64,000 nucleotides of DNA from Podarcis melisellensis (Eukaryota): the NCBI GenBank assembly GCA_964234715.1, contig OZ174281.1. One strand, written 5' to 3'. The notes under the pieces are model-generated. The model did not search any database. It worked only from the letters and a program-made list of their open reading frames with translations, and was not told the DNA's origin. Position numbers and translations under genes: made by a program. Shown here in pieces: positions 1-9,880 of the stretch (positions are counted from its first letter, which is position 1; each line of letters starts with the position of its first letter).

Positions 1-180
1 GCCAGGGGTGGGAGACCGAGGGCCAAATGTAGCCCTCTAGTCCCGTCTATCCTGGCCCTTGGGACTCTTCCCAGGCCACAATCCATATGGTCATCTTCTG
101 GGCCCTTCTTGAGAGCTTTCAGCTGCCTGGAATGTGTCCTTGAACTATGGCAATGCTTCTTGGAAGCCTGCATGGAAGAT

Positions 181-569
181 CATAGAATCAGAGTTGGAAG
201 AGACCACAAGGGCCATCGAGTCCAACCCCCTGCCAAGCAGGAAACACCATCAGAGCACTCCTGACATATGGTTGTCAAGCCTCTGCTTAAGGACCTCCAA
301 AGAAGGAGACTCCGCCACACTCCTTGGCAGCAAATCCCACTGTCGAACAGCTCTTACTGTCAGGAAGTTCTTCCTAATGTTTAGGTGGAATCTTCTTTCT
401 TGTAGTTTGGATCCATTGCTCCGTGTCCGTTTCTCTGGAGCAGCAGAAAACAACCTTTCTCCCTCCTCTATGTGACATCCTTTTATATATTTGAACATGG
501 CTATCGTATCACCCCTTAACCTCCTCCTCTCCAGGCTAAACATGCCCAGCTCCCTTAGCCGTTCCTCAT
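181..569 (-). mobile_element. CR1 LINE, 5'-truncated 3' end (young copy)
   Basis: Minus ORF 250-600 (EERLRELGMFSLERRRLRGD...FLTVRAVRQW) is the CR1 ORF2 C-terminus; CR1 tail (..ATTCTATG) at 181; near-identical to 7520-7913. Confidence 0.95.
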
Positions 570-849
570 GAAGAGATGCAGACAGAATAGTCACCCACAA
601 GCCACAAGCTTAGTTTGCTTGAGGCTTTGACCGGAGTACCATTTTGGAAATTCTCAGCCTCACAATAGTTTTTGATCATGGTGCCCTTTTGGAAGACCTC
701 AAAGGAATGGAAGTCAAAGGCTCTGCACGGTGGTTCAATGCCTACCTGTGTGGTAGGAATCAACACCATAAAGTACTACTACTACTACTAATTTTATTTA
801 TACCCTACCCATGCAAGTACACAAGAATAAGGCTGCTAGGGTAGTCATT

Positions 850-1150
850 GGGGCAGCCCAAATGGACCATATCTTGCCAGCTGCAAAAGCTCTGCCCCGG
901 CTGCCAGTGGGCTACTGAGCCCAATTCAAAGTGTTAGCACTAGCACAGAAAGCCCTACACGGCTTGGGACTCAAGTCCTTGAGGGAGTAGCTCTCCTGTA
1001 TCAACCATCTTGGGACTCTATGATCGGCAGTGGAGTTTTTAACTGCTTTAAATATGTTTTTATCTTATCTTAAACTTTAACACTCCAATGTTTGCCATCT
1101 TGGGCTCTCCTTTGGAAGGAAGAGTGGCATAGAAGTGTAATGAACTAATA
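850..1150 (+). mobile_element. Degenerate L2 LINE 3' fragment
   Basis: ctgccccggctgccagtg...ccaattcaaagtgttag...aaagccctacacggcttggg resembles the L2 LHWLPV..I.FK..L..KAL.GLG region; ends taataaacaaata. Confidence 0.6.
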
Positions 1151-1429
1151 AACAAATATTTTGGGGGGCAGTGCAGCCTTTGCCATCCTGGTACCCCCCA
1201 GTTGTTTTTGACTATGACTCCCATCAGCCCCAGCTGGCATGGTCATGATGGCTGAGACTCATGGGAGTTGTAGTCCAACACACCTGAAGATCTCCAGATT
1301 AGGGGAGGCTGTGGTATTTAGGGGGAAGCAGAGAGGTGTTTCAGGATGGAAGGATCTAGAGGAAGGTCTGATGGCCTGCCCTTAGGTAGATCAAACCTAT
1401 GTAGCAAAATTGAATGGGAACCACCCTCC

Positions 1430-1643
1430 CAGTGGTGTAGCGTGGGGGGTGCAGGGGGGCCCGGCCGCACCGGGCGCAACATCTGGGGGTTAGGGTTAGG
1501 GGGCGCAAATCCACGGATTAGGGGGCGCAAATCCACGGGTTAGGGGGCGCAAATCCACGGGTTAGGGGGCGCAAAATCCACGGGTTAGGGGGCACAAATT
1601 ACTTGCCTTGCCCCGGGTGCTGACAACCCATGCTACGCCACTG
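1430..1643 (+). mobile_element. hAT-type MITE carrying TTAGGG units (copy 1, with internal 22-bp tandem expansion)
   Basis: TIR cagtggtgtagcgtggg / cccatgctacgccactg; perfect 8-bp TSD caccctcc (1422-1429, 1644-1651); internal gggggttagggttagggggcgcaaatccacgg repeats. Confidence 0.9.
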
Positions 1644-1662
1644 CACCCTCCCCTGATTTTTA

Positions 1663-3300
1663 TTTTTTTTTTTAAATAATTTTTATTAAGGTTTTCCAAA
1701 TTAAAACAAATAAAATCCAATTCATAAACTTTTTCCAATATCCAGGACTTCCCCTCCCCACCCCCTCTTGTGTTCCAGATCTTCCAAAAAAGCAATAATA
1801 TTCAACAAATTCTTATTCCCAAAATACACTCATCATCAATAACTCAATTTATCCAAATTTCCATCCCCTAAGGTCGACCTCTTCCCTTCCACGAGTTCCC
1901 CCCTTTCAAATATAGTACAGATGAAAATAGAATAAAAACAAACAATAATTTTACAACCTTTGGATTCCAAATTTCCCTCCCCTCTTTCCCTGTTGCGTTC
2001 CTCCTATCCCTCCACTTCTAATGTCTTCCTGATGAACCCACATTTCACTAAACCCACATCCCTCTGGTTCTTTACCGGTCTTTTTTTTTTAAATTACAGA
2101 TGTCCAATCATAGAAGGAGTCTATCAAAGGGGGCCCATTTCTTCTATCCAGATTTTTATATCCAGGAGTATAAACTCCAATTTTATATCCATAAGCTTGT
2201 CAAATCTGGATATCCCAAATGTTCCCACTCCAGTTCTGTCCAGTTCTTGTTGTTTCCTTGTTCTTGTCAATCACTCTCCTCCTTTTTACTTCCCTGTTCC
2301 CTCACAGAAATGTTCTTTTTCCAAAGGCTTCTAGTGTCTCTACAGAGGCTTGTTATTCAGGAGCAAAACATAATCCATTGTTTCCAGTAAAGTGTAGGCC
2401 TCTGTAGACAAAATAATGTTCCATTTCTGCAGTTTCCCAGGAGATTAAAAGTTCTATCCAACTGTTCAAGTTTCCCGTCGAAAACACATGCAATGTCCCT
2501 CAGCTCCTCTAGGTGGATTACAATAACAAAGTTCCCTTCCAGATCACATCCGCCAGTCCAAATAACTTATAAATCCTTATTTGAAACAATTTATCTCCAA
2601 TTTATAACAAATGTAACCGGCAAAGTCCTCATAACAAAGTCTCAATTTCATTCTTCCGTTTTGACAGCTCTTTGACAGCTGTCAAAACCTCCGTTATTCT
2701 TCTCCAGGCATTTTCCCGAATCGCTCCAGGGGTTCCGGGGGGGTTGCTTTTTAATACGAATTCCACTTTTCTCCTCCAGCTCAATCTTATAAATTTCCCT
2801 CGCGAAGTTGCTAGTTCGGCAAGATAAGGTTCCTCTCGATCTTAGTTATCCAGTCCTTTGTTTTGGCTCTTCTACAATTTGGGGGGGGTGCTGACTTCCT
2901 TTTTTCCTCCTCCCCCGTTCGCTCCAAATTCTAAAAATTTATCCCTCTTTTTAGTCCATATTCCAATTACTCACGGGTTCTTCTTTTGGGTCCAAATTTT
3001 CAATAGAAGAAGTCAGCGCTCTCCGCCGGATGGCATGCGGCTGCGCTCGGCAGGGATAGCAGAGGACTCAAAGCACCACGCTCCTCCCCGGCACCCGATC
3101 CGTAGCCTTTAAAAAGGCTCCTTCACGAATCGAGAGGGCGCTGACGGTGCCAGCCGAGTCTCCATGTCCACGGCCTCCGTGGCCGTGGTTTTTAAGGGTC
3201 CCCGCATCGCCGGTGCGGTAGGACCCAGCCCCTGCCGAGCAGGCTCCCTCCGGAGCTCGGAGGGAGCCCGCCATTCGGCGATGGCGCCGACCCGGAAGTC
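1663..3300 (-). mobile_element. Non-autonomous L1-like (TPRT) retroelement, apparently full-length, no long ORF
   Basis: 19-bp TSD caccctcccctgattttta (1644-1662, 3301-3319); AATAAA plus A-rich tail at the 1663 end; CpG-rich 5' end starting GACTTCCGG; target CT/AAAAA fits L1 endonuclease preference. Confidence 0.85.
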
Positions 3301-6300
3301 CACCCTCCCCTGATTTTTAGAGCATTATAGCTGGAGTCACCCATGCTTCTGAGGAAAAATAACATGAGTGGAGACAGAATTGACTCCACCCCCAGTTATC
3401 AAGGTTACATTTGCCAAACTAAAATGCATCCAATTCTAAACATTTCCATTATTTCCAGAATGTATAGGCCCTATGGAGCCCCAATGTTCAGAAGAAGAAC
3501 CACCCCCCATTTACTTTGCAAAACATTTGAAATTTCAAAAGGGTACTTTGGGGCTCCAAATTAGGATTTCTAAGTCAGTATGTGCATTTCACGTATGTTA
3601 ATGGTGAGCAAAATATTATATACTAACTAGATTCCCGCCTCTATATAGTATATCTATGTATTTTGTGGTATTGAGATTATAGAACGTTTAGTGTCTGAAG
3701 TATGCGTTTAATGTGTATTTTTAAACAAATTTATGGCAATTAATTATTTGGAGAATAGGGTATCACATTTCAATTTGTAAAGATCTTTTTAACTTTAACT
3801 TTTAAAATGCTTTGTACAATGCAAAACTGTAACTGGAGAAACTAAGTTTAATAAATATCAAATAGATTTTCTGTATTAAACTTTTAAAAGAAGAAGAGGA
3901 GGAAGAGGAGGAGGAAGGAGTGTAGCAACTAGCAAGTGTGCAACATGGCCCTCTCGTGGACTGAGGCATTTTTAAATAAAGATGGGATCCACCCCCCCTC
4001 GCACACACTTTTGTTAAATATAGTATTTTCTCAGGTACATTGGCTATATTAAGAGGAGGCCGGTTTGTTTTGAACGATACCGTTCTGTGCGAGGATTGCA
4101 GACTCTAGACATGCGCCAGCGCACAGCGGGTGGCAGACATCACTCCTTCAAGAACAGGAGAAGCCCACCAGGCCTCCTCCTTCCCCCAACTGTTTGCAAA
4201 AGAAAGGTGAATCATTGCTGCAAGCATCTTTCTCTGCAGGCGATCGGGCTGAATAACAATCTACATGATCCCCAGCAGAAAATGAGGCTTCCAGCATCTT
4301 AACTTTGCAAACAGCTGTGTGGCGGGGGGGGGGGAGGGGGGGAGAGGACTCTGGCAAGGTTTTTCCCTTTTCCAAGGAAGCTGTCATATTCCCGGCTCCC
4401 AGGGTGTGTGTTCTCTGATCCTTGGGTAATGAGACAGTAGGCAGTGGAAGGCAGAGCTTGGAAAACGTTCAGCAGTAATTAGGTTCTTGCAACATCCCAG
4501 ATGTGGTCACCCTGATAGGGTGTGGGAAAAACTGTGTGGCACAGCCCTTGTGCCACTTTCCAGAGGTAGTTGCGTGGGATAACTAATTCATCTGAGTGCA
4601 ATGTTCCTTAAAACAGCTCGTCATGGACAAAATACTTTTGATGCAATATTGACGGAAATACGACCTACCCAGTTAAGTTAAGATGTTAACATCTTTTCAG
4701 GTACTGGTAACTCGCAACTTATGCACATTTAACTTGTCCGCATTGAGCTTTACACATTTGGCAATTAAAGAAAAATTAAAAAGGAAGGCCAGCTGCCGTT
4801 GCACCCAATGTGTTTTGACTATATGCAATTTTGGCTTTATGTGCTGTCCCAGGAATGTAAACTATCGTACGTTGAAAGTCACCTGTATACCCTTCTTGCA
4901 CAACAAGTTTCACTCAAAGATAAATCAGAAAGTTTTTAATGTCTGGCATTTTATTATATTTTTATATGTGCTGGAAACTGCCCAGAGTGACTGGGGTGTA
5001 AGTAATAAAATTATTGTTATCCTTATTGTTATTACCTACCTAAGCAAGCAGTTGGCTGTTCTACATTTAGGAAGTCAGCACTTCTGACACAGACAGATCC
5101 CTTGTAGTGGTTGCTCAGTAATGGAAGCCACAGGTTCAGTAACTTCCAAAACCAGCTGCATATAAAGTGAGCACTTGTCACTCAACACTCGCCACTGGTC
5201 GGACCTGGTAGGCCAGCTCTTAGTGTATATCATTATAATGCTAAGGGCTGATATACCATGGGAGACCAGGGTTCTGTCTTGTCCTGTATTCTCTGCAGTA
5301 GAAAGGGTTGTGGGTTAGGTGTGTATTTATGCACACATTTCTAAAATATGCTGCTTTGCCAAAGACCTAGTTGCAATGAAGAGTACTAAAAATAAAATTT
5401 GCATATTACTAAACTTTAATATAAGGGCTTTTTTTAAAAAAAATAGGAAGTTGTAAGGTAACAAAAACAAGGATATATGTTCTTTTCCGTTCCATTATAT
5501 TAATTCTCCAGAACCAGTACAGGGTATGACACATAATATACAGACAACCAAGATGGAAATTATTTCTCACCTATTATAGTTGGCCCTCCATTGGTTAATC
5601 AGTAGATTAATCAAGTGAAATTGTAGCTGACAAGTGTGCAACTCTAATATTGCTAAATGTTGGCAAAATCCTGGTTTTGCTCAAAAGTAATTCTTATTGT
5701 GTTAATCAGGATTTGGTCCTTAAAGAGTGTTTAAACTGGTTAAACCCATAAATTAAAAGCCTTTCCATCAATTAATACTTCCAGAAGCGAACTGGATTGT
5801 GATACATCCTTTGTTTTCCAGGGAGTGAAGCACAGCTGCCATTTATCCCAATCACCGACATCCTATTTAGACTTGTGTCCTCCACACCCACTTCCATGGC
5901 CTCAAAACAAAGTACATTCCTTTCTGAGAAAGGATCTTCAAACGCTATCTTGCTTACATTCAAACAAAGTCATTACCCAACTTCGGCTCAGCCTACCCAA
6001 TAACATGCCAGAGTGCAACCCAAACTCACTTCCTCCAAACAGTGTGCAGCGCATTGAAGTCACAACATACCATCTGCCTACCATCCTGTTTACCAGTCTC
6101 ACTGACCCAGACTTCCTCCCACTCATCATTCCTCCTCCTCCTCCTCTAAAATAACTCCACTAGCCATACATGATACAACACCAACTTCCCAGGCAATTAT
6201 CGCAAAATAGAAAACAGGCAGTTATAATCCTTGTCATAGCAAACTTCATGTCAAATTAAACAGAGCCTGCCCTAACATATGTGAGAATTTTTTGGGGGTG

Positions 6301-6999
6301 GGAATTACCCCCTCCCCCAGCATTTCCTTAAAAACCAAAACCACACAACAGCTGACCGGATAACAACAGAAGGCTAGCCAATATTATGGATGGGGCAGGT
6401 ACCACTAGGACGGGAGCAATGGAACACCCAATCTCAGTGACCCTGGTCAGCAGGAGGAGCTGCACTAGGACCAGACCATGGCATTACCAAGGAGGCAGGT
6501 TTAGTCACTATCTGAAGGCTATCCCAGAAGGATACTGGTGTCAACAAGGATGTCCCACATGACTTGAAGGTGCTGCTCTGCAGTGCCAGGTCAATGACCA
6601 AGAAAACCAGTGCCATCCATGACTTGATCATGGCTGGGGGAACTGACCTGGCACATGTAACAGAGACTTGGTTGGATGAAGCAGATGGGCCTGTTCTTGC
6701 TGCTGCTTGTCCACCATGTTTCTCTCACACACAGCAGCCCAGGTCATGTGGGTAGGGAGAGGTGGATTCAGTGGTTTTTAGGAAGCCTTCAGTTTTCATC
6801 AGGTGTCCTATTAAGGAGACCCAGTTCTCTGAGTGCATGTTCTAGAACAGTGTTAGAAATTAGCCAAGTGCTGGGCGCATTTTGCAACTGGCATGGGTCC
6901 AAGAGTGACCATGTGAAGATCTCTGGACACCAGGTTGGTGAATGGGAAGAGCAAAACGTCACTCAGATAAGGATCCTTGAAGCTTGAATTTGTTTTATT

Positions 7000-7913
7000 C
7001 TGGATGATGGACTCAAGGGCATCCTGATCAAATTTGCAGATGACACCAAACTGGGAGGGGTGGCTAACACCTCAGAAGACAGGCTCACACTTCAAAACGA
7101 CCTTGACAGATTAGAGAACTGGGCCAAAACAAACAAGATGAATTTTAACATGGAGAAATGTAAAGTATTGCACTTGGGCAAAAAAAAATGAAAAAAAAAA
7201 TGAGAGGCACAAATACAAGATGGGTGACACCTGGCTTGAGAGCAGTACATGTGAAAAGGATCTAGGAGTCTTGGTTGACCACAAACTTGACATGAGCCAA
7301 CAGTGTGAAGCGGCAGCTAAAAAAGCCAATGCAATTCTGGGCTGCATCAAGTATAGCATCTAGATCAAGGGAAGTAATAGTGCCACTGTATTCTGCTCTG
7401 GTCAGACCTCACCTGGAGTACTGTGTCCAGTTCTGGGCACCACAGTTCAAGGACACTGACAAACTGGAACATGTCCAGAGGAGGGCAACCAACCACGGTC
7501 AACGGCCTGGAAACGATGCCTTATGAGGAACGGCTAAGGGAGCTGGGCATGTTTAGCCTGGAGAAGAGGAGGTTAAGGGGTGATATGATAGCCATGTTCA
7601 AATATATAAAAGGATGTCACATAGAGGAGGGAGAAAGGTTGTTTTCTGCTGCTCCAGAGAAGCGGACACGGAGCAATGGATCCAAACTACAAGAAAGAAG
7701 ATTCCACCTAAACATTAGGAAGAACTTCCTGACAGTAAGAGCTGTTCGACAGTGGAATTTGCTGCCAAGGAGTGTGGTGGAGTCTCCTTCTTTGGAGGTC
7801 TATAAGCAGAGGCTTGACAACCATATGTCAGGAGTGCTCTGATGGTGTTTCCTGCTTGGCAGGGGGTTGGACTCGATGGCCCTTGTGGTCTCTTCCAACT
7901 CTATGATTCTATG
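7000..7913 (+). mobile_element. CR1 LINE, 5'-truncated (RT C-terminal half to 3' end)
   Basis: IKFADDT RT motif at ~7027-7048; [19 protein letters not shown]; CTATGATTCTATG tail; flanking ttgttttatt duplication. Confidence 0.95.
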
Positions 7914-8120
7914 GATTGTTTTATTTGAGGTTTAATGTGTTGTAAGCCACTTTGAGATTTGTTCTTTAAAATATAAAATGCTATAGAAATGAATCTAACA
8001 ACAGCAACAAATTCCAGTTATGGTGGGGAAATGCCACCTAGACATTCCACTGTGGCGACTAACTTAGGTTTAAGGTGCCATTTGGCAATTAGATTATATA
8101 TCTAATTATATATCTAGATT

Positions 8121-8370
8121 TCCTGCCCACCTAGCAGTTCAAAATCATGTCAAAGTGCAAGTAGATAAATAGGTACCGCTCCGGCGGGAAGGTAAACGGC
8201 ATTTCCATGCGCTGCTTTGGTTTGCCAGAAGTGGCTTGGTCATGCTGGCCACATGACCTGGAAAAACTGTCTGTGGACAAATGCTGGCTCCCTCGCCTAT
8301 AGAGCGAGATAAGCACGCAACCCCAGAGTCGTTCATGACTGGACCTAATGGTCAGGGGTACCTTTACCTG
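8121..8370 (+). mobile_element. Sauria/Squam1 SINE, 5'-truncated
   Basis: gtgcaagtagataaataggtaccgct core; acctttacct tail; TSD tatatatct(a/g)gatt. Confidence 0.9.
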
Positions 8371-8537
8371 TATATATCTGGATTATATAACACTAGTTCT
8401 GGAATTTGGGCAATAGAGGCAGTACAGGATACCTATTGGTGTACCAACCTCCCTGCTGCACCAAAAATCCCCTGCCTGAGTTGCTTCAGGTCCTGCCGGG
8501 TGTTCTCCTGTAGACATTTAACCTGGTGGTCCTGGGA

Positions 8538-8899
8538 CAATGGTTTTCAAGCACTGTGCTCTGGCACCTTGGGGTGCCTTGAATGATGGTCAGGGGTGCT
8601 GCAACCTTGCACAGCTGTTTATTGCAGCAGCCCTGGCTATAAGCTTGGCAGGCGAATGGTGCCTCTGGGGTTGGGCAGGGGAGCAGCTCAGAGACCAGGT
8701 ATGGCAGCAGCAGCTACACAGAGGACTCCCAAGGAGAAGAGGAGAGGAGGCTGAGGGGAGGTGTTTTGAAAAAGGTGAGAGGCATTCAGCTCTGCAGGCA
8801 AGGGGTGACATAACTTGGCTCCTGAGCCCCACAGGGGTGCCACAGAAAGAATGTAGCTGGTCAAGGGAGCCATGGACTCAAAAAGTTTGAAAACCTCTG
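8538..8899. mobile_element. hAT-type MITE inserted in the L2 endonuclease VVLGDFN motif
   Basis: Ends caatggttttcaa / ttgaaaacctctg; TSD tcctggga / tcctaggg (6/8). Confidence 0.7.
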
Positions 8900-9745
8900 T
8901 CCTAGGGGATTTTAACCTCCATGCCAACTTGGCCATACAAGGGGCTGCTTGAGACATTGTGGAAAGCATGGCCTCCATGGGTCTCTCCTTGCATAAATCT
9001 GACCCTACTCAATAGTCATGGACACGCCGTAGATTTGACATTTTCCTCTGTGGAAGTGGGTGATCTAACACTAAGTTCCAGTAGAACAAAAGAAGTGCCA
9101 TGGTCAGATCACTTCCTGGTGTAACTAGACTTTTCTGCGACCCTTCCTTTCCACAGGGAAGGGCGACAGATTTGAATGGCCTACCCCCGCCACTTAATGG
9201 ATCCAAATGGCTTCCAGAAAGTGGTAGGGAATGAATTTTCCCAGGTTGATGGCCTCTCAGCTGATTCCCTGGTGGCCTGATGGATTGCAGAGTTAAACAG
9301 GGCTATCAACTGTCTGGCTCCAAAGTGCCCTCTCAATTGCATGGACCCCGGATGGCCTCAAGGTTTTCCCCAGGGCTGAGTCATTACTGAGAAGGCTAGA
9401 ATGCTGGTGGTGAAAAACTCATTTCATATCAGACCAAACACGGGTGAGAGCTCAACGGGTGAGAGCCTACCTAGTGGCGATAGCGAAGAAAATTTATTCG
9501 CCACCTCTGTTGCATCCACAGAAAACTGTTCCAGGAGACTCTTTCAGGTGGTTCAAAGTTTAACAGAACCACCTTCACTATTGGGGTCTAATAAGGACTC
9601 CAAGATCTCCTGTAAAGGTTTTACACAGATGGCGTTCAACAGATTGAGGTTAAATCCTGGCAAGACAGAAGTACTGTTTCTGGGGGACACGGGGAGGGCA
9701 GGTGTGGAGCCCCTGGTCCTCAACAGGGTAACTGTGCCCCTAAAG

Positions 9746-9880
9746 TAGGGTTGCCATATTTTGAAGAGCAAAAAAGAGGACACATTTGTTGACTTCTACT
9801 TTTAATTATGGATCGCTATGACGACTCTACCCATGAAAAAGAGGGCATGTCCTGGAAAAAGAGGACATATGGCAACCGTA
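9746..9880. mobile_element. Short hAT-type MITE nested in L2
   Basis: TIR tagggttgccatat / atatggcaaccgta; subterminal gaggaca repeats; TSD ccctaaag / tcctgaag. Confidence 0.8.

Larger units (their letters stand above)
6848..8396. mobile_element. hAT-type non-autonomous DNA transposon nested in L2, itself interrupted by CR1 and Sauria SINE
   Basis: Ends cagtgttag.../...taacactag; 8-bp TSD ttctagaa / ttctggaa (Charlie-type NTCTAGAN target). Confidence 0.65.

Noticed and set aside
1496-1600. CRISPR-like regularly spaced repeat
   Set aside because: Head-to-tail tandem units without unique spacers, in eukaryotic DNA with no cas genes
1485-1600. True telomere or chromosome-fusion scar
   Set aside because: At most two consecutive TTAGGG units, always inside TIR/TSD-bounded MITE copies
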